Below are positions 1 to 13,826 of a stretch of DNA of 64,000 nt, piece by piece. Location of the stretch: positions 124,001 to 188,000 of the forward strand of contig KZ537996.1 of NCBI GenBank assembly GCA_000934665.2. Direction: 5' to 3'. Under the pieces are notes generated by a model, which worked only from the letters and a program-made list of their open reading frames with translations, was not told the DNA's origin and made no database searches. The position numbers were made by a program, and so were the translations under genes. Each line of letters opens with the position of its first letter. The stretch's first letter is position 1. The stretch is from Catajapyx aquilonaris (lineage: Eukaryota).

Positions 1-1843
1 CACTCCCTGGTCAAAATGGTAGCCCAGCAGAACGTCCCTCAGTAATTGGTCTGGGTATGTCATTCAGAGTTCTCTGCAGTATACAGCAAAGGGTTGCAGG
101 ATCAGCTATCTTTCTAATCAAAATAATGACCGTATATACTGACATTGTTGCATTCTGAAGGTCGTTAAAAATGTGCTGCTTCACGCCTGCTAGTCACGCT
201 TCACACCAGCCTCAATTTTCTGTCGTTTATGTCACACCCTGTTCAGCCAACGACTTCATAAAAATCTCTACTAACAATGCACTTTGCAGTTAGTGATGAT
301 ATAAAATGCACCCTAGTGGCTGAATCTGCTATAAAAATTTAAAAATTTGATCCCCCCCATTAAATTCACATATTTCGAAACAAGTTACATCCAATAGAAA
401 ATCTTTTGTTTGGAGTATCAACATACAAAAAAAACCTCCCCCAGAATAAAATTCCTGCGCCGTAGAATTAAGGAAGCTTGTTTGAAAATTCCCTTGCTGA
501 GAAAGTCCCACAAAGTCAATTAACTTACACTGCAGCACAAGAATAATGAAGCAGGTTGAGCAAGGAGCTTTTCCTCCGAGCTGCTGTTCTTTAAAACCCC
601 TGGCTATATATATGAACTGTATATAATGCATCCCCCACACCAACTAGGCATCTGGTTTGGAAAGCCGGAAACGCTGATCAAGTTTTGGAAACTTCCAAGG
701 GAATTGGGGAAGAAGAAAACCCCATGGCTGGAGGTGTCCCCCCTCTAACACTCGATTGATAAATGACCTATCCGGTGAGAATCAATGAGGGGAGGAGAAC
801 AATAGGTGATCAACAGGACATGGCGTCTCCCGCCCCGCCATCTTAGAACCATTTCTCAACCCACATTGCACACTGCTCTTTGACATATGTTGGTGTACTC
901 TTTATCTCAGTGTATGGCGATGAGATATTAGTGACTGAATTGTTTGATTGTTATCGGATGTCCACAGGTTGGATAAGAAATGACCTGTGTGAACTGTAAC
1001 TTCCTATGAGGCCACTATAATCAAGCTTATCAGCTGTAAGACAAGGGTTAAGTGCGTTGTTGATATGGACAAGGATGGCTTTCAACTTGTAATTATGGAC
1101 TTCCTCTGACAGTTGGAAGCTGTCACGTATGGTCTGTCTTTTGATAACAGGAGAGTTGCTTACTCAGCCACCCAAGTGAAAATATCAGCACAAATAACTG
1201 TTACACAATAGTGGAAACAATGTGCTTGATTCACTTTCGCATAGCTAGCAAATGACAACTATTTTCACCACGTTCTAAATCTGATTCGGAACTCTACAGC
1301 CGCAGAGGTCACCAAGCTGATGCGTATATGTGATTGCAGATTAATATATTTCTTCTTACCCGAACTGTGTATCAGAAAGAAACCCTTAAGATACTTCATA
1401 TCGAGTCATGCTGAGCCATAATACAGGAACATATCTGTTGATGAGCTAGTGTTGTGCGTAGAATATGGTTGCTTGGGGTCCGTCATCAATGAATGTAATA
1501 TATTTAATGCCATGTCAATTTAAGCCTACCATGTATTTATTTATTATTTGACTTGGGGTTCTTTCATCGTTGACTTATACTCTTTTATGAATAAATGTCG
1601 CAATTTTTGTTTGCCTGTTTATGTGGTCTATCAGGAACAATTACTAAATTACTGCCAACAGCGCTCTCTTCGCGTGGCAATAATGTGGAAATGCTTATAT
1701 TTTGTAATGCTGTACGGAACAATGAGCCAGCAGGTATGGGAATTAATGAAGGGAATCCAACATAACATTTGCGCTCATCTGTGTAAGCAGCACCATATAA
1801 AATAGTGATACCATCAACTCCATCCCACGGTTTGTCTGATATA

Positions 1844-2053
1844 CAGGGTGTCTCAACTTTTTTGTCCGAACAATTATCGGGAATATTGCACTAAGCTGCT
1901 TATTTTTTAGCAGTGACATGCAACCAGTGATGTTTCCCTGGCTTTATCAGTTGAGGGATGTGCCAGGAATGTTGGTGCATATTCTGGCTACATAGCTAGA
2001 AGATACATACGCATTTCCGATGACTGATTGGACAAAAAAGTAGAGACACCCTG
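1844..2053. mobile_element. Non-autonomous Tc1/mariner-type MITE (210 bp)
   Basis: 24-bp terminal inverted repeats CAGGGTGTCTCAACTTTTTTGTCC / GGACAAAAAAGTAGAGACACCCTG (1 mismatch), flanked by TA on both sides (1842-1843, 2054-2055). No ORF. A similar solo end, AGACACCCTGTA, occurs near 59807-59818. Confidence 0.8.
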
Positions 2054-5000
2054 TATATTTTAATGTCAAATATGTATTCAGGCACCCCTTTTGCAAGGAC
2101 GATATTCGCAACTGTTACTTTTGAAGGGGAGTATAATTCGCATAAGTTATTTCAGCATATTTGAAGCATATCAAATGTCAATTATTGTGGTACGCACCGT
2201 GTCTGAATTCAAATATAAATCATGCTCTCAATGAAGAATCCTTAATAGTCTATTAGTTGTTGAAATTTCATGAATAAGGTATTGGGAATTTGCCTTGAAC
2301 CAAGTACAGTATATCTAACGAGAGGTTTTCAAGTGCAAGCTCTCTGCAGGTAATTGCCCATATTTGTTTACACCCCCAACTGGAACCCCGACGGCAACCA
2401 GCAGTTCATTTACATCACTTTCACATTTCCCGACCATGAGTCGCCCATCTTCCGCATTCACATCCTTCCATTTTTAACTTCCCACTACACATCTTCCCCC
2501 TTTCAAATATAACTCCAGTATGAAGGCGTCGAGTTCAAAATGCGAAAATCACCTCATAGGTGCCCCTCCTAACTTGTGATGTGACCCAACAATCCCAGCC
2601 CTGACTCTCGATTCAAGGGACAGTTGGAAATAATGCTCGCCTGTGGGAATGGTAAGTATGAAACGAATGAAAGTCAAAACCGGATGAAAAGCCTTCGGAC
2701 AAGAATAACTAATGGCACCCACTTGAACTTCCAAGCAATTGATGCATATAAATCACTATCAGATTTAAGCTTTGGAAGCTAAGATATATGACGGAATTAG
2801 GTAGTTTCCAGACTGGAAATAAATTACAGCACCCATTGCTCGATCTGGCCTAATAATATGAGGACTCCCTGGATATCCTAAATGGTTGCTTTAGTGAATA
2901 GAGCGAATTCAACCAGTGGTAATAATTTTAAAAAATGGTTCAGCTAATGATGAATCTCCCAAACGGCCAGAGGTGCTCAAAAACTTGACCCCTGGGTGCG
3001 TCTTAACCTGCTTAACGTCATTCGGATCAAGCAAAGTGGTGATCCTTCAACACAAGAGGTCTTATTATGGATTTTGAAGTGCATCAAGCCGGTGTCCAGA
3101 CTATTAACCCTTTCGCCTCAGCAGAATGAATGAGAGCCACCCCCTGGTAACACTCATCATCGTCTTCCCTTCCCAATAATCACCACCATTTCCTGATTCC
3201 AACACGGTTTGGGGCAACCGAGAGCAACCTTGTAATTGCAAGTGTCAAGAAGAGGGAGAGGGTGGAAAATGTTCATGGACCTCTCCAAGCCGTTAATGCC
3301 ACGTCTAGGAAGCCTCAATGGCGGCCTAATTACTCCCTTTGCCTCCATATTCTTGCAGGGATATAGTCGCAAGGGGTAATGCGAATAACTACTTCTGATT
3401 ATTGTACCTATGCCCATTGCAAAGTCCAACTTTGGGGCAATGACAAACTGAGGACAATGGGGTTGGAGAAACATTAGAAGGGTTTGGTTTCCTATTTTGA
3501 GGACTGCATCTTGGAACGTGACCAAGGTCATACTGTGTGGAATATTTCACTGGATCGACGCCAATTTATGCCTGCATTTGGCAATAAGGATTTTGGCGCA
3601 ACTAGTGCAGGTAAACACTAGCCAGGCTAACAATCCCCACGTCCCTATCCCATTTTTTTCCCCTCCAACCCGATTCTACTCTTATCCTATCTTTTGCTAA
3701 TGCCACCCTATTCCCTACATTTCTAAAGTAATTACCATAAATCCAATTCCACGGTCGTCGTTATGTTCCGCACCCATATTGCTTCCCGGCACTTTCCGTA
3801 CCAGCCCCTCCCCTTTTTCGGGGTTTCCTCCACTGCTGGAGGAAAAGCGGACAAATAGCAACCGAGAAGCTACAACCAAATAGTTCCCGACCCCTTTACC
3901 CCCACAGTTTTCTTTCGTAATTACTCCTTTCCTCACTTACCCCCAACTCGGCCCCAATTTACCCAGGGATTTCCCGCGCTTCCAAATTCATAGCCCCCCT
4001 GGTTTTTTATTGGCACACAAGTGAGGATCACAAATTAATTGAGGCCACTTTGATTCCCTCCAGCAACAGTTCTTACGGTTTGAATGTATTATAAACAGGG
4101 CGGAGAAATGGTCCTGCGGTATTAGCCCTTTTACGGTAACAGCCCATAACCCGAACTTTTATGAGGAGAACCAACCCCCTCTGACAAACAGCATGGAGTT
4201 GGCCCACTTGCCACCAGAGTACCGAAGATCCATCCAAGCCGGTAGGGGGTTTAGGATCATGCCGTGGGCGGCGCTGCGGGCATACACGCGGATCTCCCAT
4301 GCTTTGGGCTTACTCAAGGGCCGTCTAGACGCATACCGTACTGTAAGCGGCCGGCTCAATCATTACTTGCCATTGCTTGGTAAAACACGGAGTAAAATCG
4401 ATTGTAATTAACCATGACGGGGTAGTAGCAAGAAAGCAGCCTTTGTGGAGCTATAAAAAGGCGTTTACAACGCACTCAAATGTAGCATCCCAATTAACCT
4501 TTGGCGGCTACTTTTAGGGGCAAGGGAGCCGTATTGTTAAATTAGTAGCACTCACAAATCTATCATTCCCTTAGTTTACGAGCGGAGTCAAAAGTACCGG
4601 GGATTACACTAGTATCTGTTTGTGGCGTGGGTTGGTAGAAAACTCTCGGGGGGAGGTAAATTATGGTATTTTCTTAATTATCAGGTAATCAGCTGGGGAG
4701 GGTTGACATTTGCATGCGTGATGGGCTTCTAACACCCCGTGCACTTTGCTCGAGTGGACGTGGCTGATGTAGGGGTCACGCGAAAAAATATTAACGGCTT
4801 GTAAAAGTTCAGGTGCTGCCGTCTACGAATAGCTAGGTAAAAAAAACGGGAAATGGGGGGAAAAAACAGTGGTTTCCCTCAGCACCTTGTTTATGCCCGA
4901 GTGGAGTCTGTCTGCCTGTTCCCTTGTGGTCTGGGGCCATCCGCAGCCGCCCCTATTCTCCCAGCCCTTAACGAGATGACTAGGACTTTGCTGCTTGGAA

Positions 5001-8000
5001 ACAATTGGAACCATATCTTGGAAGAATGCAATTTACAAAACAGCTTCCAAATCCCTTTTGGGTTGGTGTGTGGGGCGGTTTGGGTGGCGCCCCGGGAGCG
5101 CCTCTTCACGCCCCCTTTTTGCCACTGAATCATGCCTTTTGGCCCCGAGGCAGATTTACGGCTCTCTAGGTACGAGCGGCGCCTTACGTTTTCCCCTCCA
5201 TATACCCACACACTCAGTAAAAGATCAGAATTAGCTGAACTTGAGTTTGGAAGAAGAAGAAAAAAATCCGGATCAAGTGTAGCGCTATAGCCCCTACTGA
5301 AAACCTTCTCCAGAATCCGATAGCATGACATTTCATAGGGCGGAAGAAAACCCGGAGGGGTTTGCCCTTAATTTACGGCCGTCGTTCACACAATAGTGTG
5401 AACTCGCCGAATCGATTCCCCTTTTCAATGCCTGCGATTCCCACTTTCGACTTTGGTATTTTGAAAATGCTTGCAAAGGTACAAGATAAAGGCGGCAGGC
5501 AGCAGGTTTACCGCACTTGGGAGATACCAAGGGGAAATGATCTAGAGGGCCTGGACACTCGGCAGATATTTCCAGGGCACAAAAGCCCGACCTACACATG
5601 ATAATAATCCGCCTCTGCCTTTCCCCCCTTTTAGTTTATAGTCTATAAGGAACCGGATCCCTTTATTAAGCAAACTGGCAATAAAGTGACCATTATGAGC
5701 ACGTACCCTTAATTAGACTTTCGATTCGGATTCACTGCTGCCATCTGTCTAGCTAAGCATCAGGCCCAGGTAGCGGGGGTGGTATACATGGCCACGATAA
5801 ATCGGAGCCGGCTCAATCTTTTTCTAGATGGTAAGTGCTTCCCGACAGGTGTAAATGGCCCCGCCAAATGGGCCTAGTTGACAAGTTTCACACCGGCAGA
5901 GATTATGAGGCGGTGGTATGAAGGCACCCCCCTCCTTCCCACCGCTGCCTCTTGATTGAGAGTTGGCACGCAGGCAGTCCCTGGCCATGCAACGCTGATG
6001 GCTTCTTAGGATGATGCCCCATCACCTGTGTACCCCTCCTCTACCTACCCAAGATTTACACCGGCATTCCCGACCCCCCAGCAATTCTCTTGTTATGCGA
6101 TTCACTCCACCCCCATTTATTATTACCCCTTTTCAATGGCCGCTCCTTAAATTACCCACAGACACTTGCGCGTGATTTTGATTCACACTCGCCATTTCTA
6201 TTGTGCTTGGTCCTCTTGCCTGGCTATTTATTTGTTTGGCCACGGGGCCATTTATCGTGATGATGCTGGGATTAGGCGGTTATTCATCACCCAACAAGAA
6301 CAAGATACGCCTAGTGTCACTGCCACTGCTTTATTCTACCAAGCCTGGGCCAGATTAGGCCGCATTTTTTGGAGGCTTTCAAAAAATTACCCATTTCTGC
6401 ACTTATCGATTGTGCGGTCCAACTTTCTGATTTATACGCCATGCTATTATTCCCGCATTACCGTGCACCACAGGTCACACAGACTCAGTCGTGACCCATT
6501 TAACCCTAAATTAAGACCAAACCTGTTCCGGTATTCAATAAGCCACAGTCTCACGAACAACCCCCTCTCTTGGCTCGCCTCGGAAAATTATCCACCCGAC
6601 GCGGCTATTAGATTTTGCATCGTCTATCGTTACGTGCAGACACCACGCGTCATGTAGACTACGGTTATCTTAATAGGTAGAAAAACTGGTTTCTCTAATA
6701 CACACCGCGTCATCCCTATCACTCCCGGGAGGATGTTCCGCCACGATCATAACGAGCGAAGTTGGCGCATAATCCCGCCAAATATTAATTTAAACGGGAT
6801 TAGCCGAAATGAAACGAAAGCTCCCGATTTTCAAAATCCCTCGCAAACTTTGCTTCCCATCTTCTCATTACGTTGATTCTCCTCCGCACCCTGCTAATCA
6901 TATTACGGGCGCGGATATACTCAGGTACAGTCTGGGGTTATACCATATCAGAGTGTTTACATACCAATGGGTGCTGAAGACAGCGTGTCGTGTGTGTCAA
7001 TCAGGGGGAGTCTTGGGAAAAATCTCAGCTGGACTTGAGATTATCACTCTCTTCAAAAATATGAAGAAGCAGGTAAGGCATAACTCACGGGGGCGACCTA
7101 AGAATTAAGCGTTACGGGAGCGTAAGCGATAATGATCGCCCGCTCTGCTGATAATTTATTGCCGACTATATTGAGACTGCTAAGGCGGCTCTATGGAAAC
7201 GCTTCCCCGGCCATCAAGTGAGCACCTGGAAAAACCTGAGCTCGGCTTTACATTTGGCTCTAGGCTACAACTCTTCATTTCCCAAAGCGTAATAACTGCG
7301 GATTTACTTACCCGAATGTACCGTCAACATATACACATGTCTCGAAAATTCAGGGGCAAAAACAATGCGACGTACGGCGTCTGTTAAGTACTTTAAGTCG
7401 TCTGTATCAATACTATGGTGTAAAGACTACGGCTATTAACGCTGCAATGGCCTTCTCATGCCCGCAAAATTTAATGGGCCATGAAACACTCGTTGCATGA
7501 ATTTCATAGTTGAAGCAATGCTCGTTTCATCTATTGTCTATTGCCAGCGAACATTTGGCCACCGTGGACCCCCACGTTTTTGGGACAATGAAATGCTCCA
7601 GTGGGTGCATGTTGCGCCTCCTGTTGGCCTCCCTACGAACCTTCCTAGAGGGACAATCTTCCCTCAGAGGAAGGGTCGCCCTTGGCCATTATTTGACTAT
7701 TTATTCTACATATTTATAGGGGGCTCCATACCGTTTCACAGCATTATAAAAAATTGCTATTATTTGACTGACTATTCGCAATATCAGATCTCATGTGCAC
7801 ACACGGAACTGCATATAATATAAGCCTCGCGCCACTATTCAGCCTATACAACTGGTGAACTGGGCGTGCTCGAAACCCACCGAAGCATAAACCAGAAGTG
7901 CCCACAGAAAAAAAAAATTGTCAACCCTGCCAAATGTCCACGGAACTGCAACTAATTCCCCTGGCCACGGTGAGGTAGCCTACACCAAATTGGAGCCATA

Positions 8001-10782
8001 TATCTCACACGCACACGCACCATACGAGCAAGTGTTAATTTGCCTACAGTGTACAGATCCGCGTCTTTAACCAAACATTTCCGCAAAAAATTACAGCTTA
8101 TGACCTGATCAGTCCTGCTCAGTAACCCACGCACGTTTGCTTATACAGTACATTGGCCAAGTGGCCAGCATGAATTAAAAAGACTTCTGGTAGCCTACTT
8201 TCGCTATTGGCCAAGGACACAAATTCGCTAATGGCAAATATTTTGCTAGTTTTTATCATATGTAGATTTTTCTGAACAAGCCGACTGTATATTGCCAGCC
8301 ATGAGTTATGGCACATGTACTTTTACGTTTCCTTCCCCGGTTTTTTTTCCGGGCTGCCTGGCACCCATAAACGGGGAGTGGGAAGCAGTTATTATTGCCA
8401 TTGACTGTCCAGGGGTGAGGGGATGGTAAGGGGACAAGGTCGTCAGATTTAATTTTGGCGCCCAAATAACGGACGGGGGGTACGGGGGTCTAGTCAGGAA
8501 ATATTCGAGTGTCAGTCGCATTGTTGGCAGTGCGGTGCAAAATATACGCCCTTTTGTTACCCTAATCACGTCCCGGCACGGCTGTAAAACAAGTTACATG
8601 GAAGCGAGCAACCAACAGACCGTTTCCTGTTTGATATTCAAGATCTTTAACTTTATGACCTCTCAAGAAAAATTGTATGTATATAAAAAAAAGAGTTGTC
8701 ACCTTCAATGCGGCTGTCATGAGCGGAAGGTTAATAGGAGCGTGGCAGACCTATAAAACAAGCTGTAAAGAGTCAATTTCCTGTACAATTCTGTTAAGGA
8801 AGGCCTTAACCTGTCCATTAAAAATAGACTTTTACTCAGCTATATCTGTCCGCCCACTTGGCACTTTGGAATCATAAAAAACATGGGAGTCCAGTACAAA
8901 AAAACGGTGCAAATTCCACCAAATGGTTAAAACCATCCTGACAAGCTAATTAAAAAGCAATAAACCCTTTATTTGCACAAAAACTAACAATGCTTTCTCT
9001 ACCACCAAAAAAATAACAATGCGGCCGTTTGAAAAGAGGCCTCATTTTGCGCTTAGGCCATAATGTGCCGAGGCTGCGAGTCTCCAAAGCACTTCCATAT
9101 CCACGCAGGTGGAAGGCCATCTAGGCGGCCCTTTAAGCACCACAATCATTTATTCATTTACTTGATAAAGTGCTTCCGAATTAAAGGAATACGGGATGAA
9201 CTTTGTGGCAAGAGCTTTCCAAATTAATCTGCCGCAATGCTGGTTGCCCTTAATATTGTTGGGGACTTGATATTGTTGCGTTTTGAGGGTGGGTTTTAGG
9301 ATTCCGCCTACCTTGCACCAGTTCAAAACGGCCCCTGTCAACGACCATTAATTTTCGCTCAGCACGCGAGATAGATGTTCGCAAAAAAAAAAAATAAAAA
9401 AAAGTCTACGCCGCTGCCATCTAATTATGGGAAAGGCAGCCTACATCATACCTGCGGATCTACTTAGTTATGCAGGCCTGCGTATCAAAGATTTCCCAAC
9501 CTCCTACCACCCACCAGCCTTATATGCACATTTCGTCCAGGACAGCACGAACCCGATAAAAATCAGTAGAAAAGTCGTTCTCAATGCTGTCATCCTTGAG
9601 TCTACCAAAAACCTAGTTTTAACCGTTTAGAAACACCCTGTGCCGTGCATCCTCCATATTTCTCAGATTGTTCACAAAAAAAAAAAAAACCAACAAGGGC
9701 CGACATGATTGATCGGTTCTTTGTATGCAAGATAACTACAGGTGGGTACGCTTGAAAGTATAATAGGCTTGTAATAATATGCAGGCAGCATCTATTTCAA
9801 TGACAATTTGGCCTGTCGTCCCCGTAATTCACCCCCCCCCCCCTCCCCATTCTTTCTGCATTCTCGAGTGGGATTTCATCCACCAGTACAACCCTAAGCT
9901 GGAAAAATCCAAGCTCGATGACCTGTTCTTCTCTGACCTTCCACGAAGAAACAAGGGCAGGACCATCTCTCGCAAAAAAACAACAACGTTACTTTTAAAC
10001 GTCATTAGCTTCCAAATAATGCACCCTTATAAAAAACGCAAGCACCTACAAGAAAGCGGAGCGCCCAAGATGAATCGTCACGTGTAGCAAATGCCAGGAA
10101 AGTTCAGACCCAATTAGCGAGATTAATCCATTAATTAGAGCAGGTCGCGGCGATAACGAGCGTGAGACAAAGGCACCTTTTCCCATCGTGCTATTTGGGC
10201 CGCTATCATCCAAATAAAGAAACCTAAGGCTGCACTCAACTTGGTGGTACAGACGTGTCAAAAGTCCGTCGCCGGCAATGCGGATGAAATAATCGATAAT
10301 ATCGCCTGGGTAATAAATCATCGGAGGGGGGGTGGGGGAGTGTACTGCATGAGTACAATGCGCAAGACTTGGTATGTGATCTATGCGTAGGTCAGCAGAA
10401 ACTTTTTTTAAGGTCACATTCACACTCGTTTTAAACAAAATTGTTTGAATTTATTTTATTTTTTTTATTTTTTTATTTGGCTGAAATGATTTTGTGGTGG
10501 GTCACAATTTTTATTGGAAGAGGTTCCTAATAATATCATACGGGTGTTTCAGACTCAGTTTTTATGTATCAGTCCTTTGCGTAGTGAAAACGTGGGCTCA
10601 AATTTCATCATTGTAATATTTTTATGCATTAAAAATGACCACAGCAGGCACTCCAAATTTTCCAAATTTTTTAATTTTAATTTTTATGACAATAGCAGAT
10701 GTTGTTGACCTTGAGCAGACCGATACATTATGTAATTTTTAATATTGTGATACAGTGTATATAAATGGTAACACCTTGATGA

Positions 10783-10829
<47 letters not shown>
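10783..10829. repeat. (ATT)n microsatellite
   Basis: About 15 direct ATT units. Confidence 0.95.
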
Positions 10830-10830
<1 letters not shown>

Positions 10831-13640
10831 ATACTTTCGTACATTAGCAAATAATATGGTTCTAGTTTTTATTCGACTGAATTTAATAATGCACCAAGGC
10901 AGCCAAGGTATGCCATGCAATTCATTTCAGTATTACGCACATAACACATGTGATGCGCAAATACGCATATGAAATTTTGAGTATATGCTAATTATATGCA
11001 TTATATGATGACAAATATGTCAAGCGTCAGGTGGTGAGTTACGTCGTGCCGGACACTGTTGTTGTTTTCTACTTAAGAGCATCGTATTTCACCTTTTTTT
11101 TGGGGGGGGGGGGGTGAAGGTAGGGAGGCCCGAAATGTGGTGAGAAAAACCTATAAAAAATAAATAGCAATCCGTGAGTAGGGTGTAGCTTCCGTTGCAT
11201 TTCGTGGCAGGGATCCAAGCTGCCAAAAGGCTCCGGTCGTTAAAGATGGGAAAAGCAAGGGGGGTGGAAGAGGGGGACACTAGAGCAGGTGGACACTGGG
11301 TACAACGGGACCTCGACCATTGTGCTCGTGACTATTCACCATGTGCACATCGATGACTATCTTTCTCAACAAGGTTACATAAAACCATGAGACCTCACCC
11401 CCCATTCCCATAAAAAAAGTATATGGTTCCACTTTCATGCTCAAGTGTAGGGAAAATAACAATTTGCAATCTAGCCTAGTAGTGTCCTTTTCATTCAAAG
11501 TGCTACCATGCCCAATCGATATTCCCTGTACTTTTGGAATGAAATAGTGTTGCGCCCTGTCGCATGAGGGTTCAAAGTAATGCGTGTGTGTGTGTGTGTG
11601 AGCGTGAGAGAGGGTTGGTCAACTCAACGTGAAACCAGCCTAACTGATGGTGAGGCTTCTTCAACGGAACGAACTTCCGGTGCGATGTTCATCCAGAAAG
11701 TAGCGATATTTGTCGCTCTTTCAGCTTCTAGAGAGTCACCACCGTATATAAGTTGCGAAATACCCCTACCCCCCCCNAAAAAAAAAAAACTTCATTGTTT
11801 TCTCGAGGCAACAACAACCAAGTTTCGCCCAGTTGAAGACGTGGCTAAGACATACTGCCGTTTCTACCTTGGCGAAAAGTCTCCCTCGAGACGAATCGAA
11901 CTAATTGTACTCAAGAAATACGGTCTCTTGTATTAGGGCAGCAGCTGTGCCGGATTTTCGAGGGCTCTTTATCATAATTTAAGCATTTACTCGACATCCC
12001 AAATCCCCAAGACGCGAAATTTCTCTTCTTTAGAGTCCACCACAATGAGTTTGCGGGCGAATCCACTATTTGGAAGAAAAAAAAAAATGAATAAAGGAAC
12101 GTGCAAAAAAAAAAGTGTGAGCATGTATGACTAGCATTGCTCCACACTAGCTCCACACGAAATGACCTAAGCGTGATAGGATCTGCAGTGATATGACGTC
12201 ACTGCCGCTGGGTCTTCCGGGACAAACGTGGATAACGAGATATACATAATAAAGTACTTAATTAGGCTACTGAAAGCGAGTAGTGCATAAATTGTCACGC
12301 GTCACATCATGTTTTTCACATACCTCACACGTAAAATTTTATAGCTATTCCGGAGCAGCTCGCGTTTAGTTCAAAACCAACCAACTTAAGAATTGTGGAT
12401 GTGACATAACAAGATTGTGTAATTACTAGCTAACAACAGGTTCCGACAAAGAAGGTCATTCTAAATGACCTACTCGCTCTTAAGGGTAAAAAAAAATTGC
12501 GACTCGTAACCAGAAATGTAAACAACTTGACGACAACGTTGAAAATCCCGATTAGGTTTTTTGAGTCATCCACGTTGCCAAATATCCTTTCCAAGATGAT
12601 CAGGCGGCAACCTGTGAGCGCTAGACTTTATTGGCAACACGAGGCCCGTTTTCCACCACCCCCTTTGGCCCTAATCGCCCTCCCAAAACGCTTCTTATTA
12701 AGCCGCACGCATTTTATCAGCCCAAGATCAAGACTCGGCTTATCCCACAGGACCCATCCGCCATCCAGTTTTTCCCCTGCAAACGCAATTTCTTGGGCTT
12801 GACACATTGAAAGTAGTGCGCGTGAATAGAGGGTAAAGAGAAAGAAGAAAACCGACTCTCCTTGGAACCTTCTAACAATTATCAAATTATAGGGCTAGGA
12901 TTTTTCTTTTCCTGCTGCGATGTCCGCCGTTTGTCCATTACCACATAATTTGTTGGCGTGTTAAATTTCATTATAGCGCCTTGGGATACCTGGACAGGTT
13001 TCCTTCATGACAGTTCATTATTTATAGTAGGCGTCTTAGTTAGGTTTTCATTCCAAGAGGGGCCAGCGGATGAGTGGCGATGAAATAATGTCCTCGTAAA
13101 TATGGCCCAGGCTACTGTTCTCTACCGTCACAACAATGCACCGCCATGATGGATTTGAGGGGGAATTCCCTCGCTATTTTTCTGCTTAGGGATGATGGCC
13201 GCTATGTGCAATCCCCCTAGCGGCCTATAAGAAAAAAAAGGGTGTAGTTTATCTTGCCCCAACATTTTTGTCGTCCGGGTGATAACATTTTTCTCTTACG
13301 CGCCATTAGAAATAAACATCGGGGGAAATACAAATTTCCTTTCGCCGAGGCTTTTCCTCTGAGGAAAATATGGTGCTGGCGGCTAAATAAGAGCTCCCAG
13401 GCATATTCAGCTCCAGTAATGCCCTCTATGGACAACTGGATATAATTCGTGCACTCAATGACATCCGCATCGGTATACATCAACTTACACTGGGCTAGGC
13501 GTTTTCACATATCATTTTTTTACCCTTCACGTTGCCTTCCAGCCATTCTTTAGCTGGTAGGGGAATGGAGAAAAATATGAGAGGAGGTGGGGGCGGGGGT
13601 GCAGGGGGGACGGGAATTCAAACCGGGCTTACCTATTATA

Positions 13641-13826
13641 CAGGGTAGATTAAAGTATATCCAGGGGCATCAAACTACCAACATAAAACGTTGCCAACAA
13701 TAATATCCAAAAAATATTTTAAAAATAAAAATATATTTTATTGATAATTAAGTGCTGTAAATTTTCACCCATTCTTTACGTACTATACGTAATATAAAAA
13801 TACCATAAAATCTTTGAACCATCCTG
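13641..13826. mobile_element. Possible old, degenerate Tc1/mariner-type MITE
   Basis: Left end TA|CAGGGTAGATTAAAG; the right end reverse-complements to CAGGATGGTTCAAAG. AT-rich interior. Several mismatches and no clean right TA. Confidence 0.3.
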
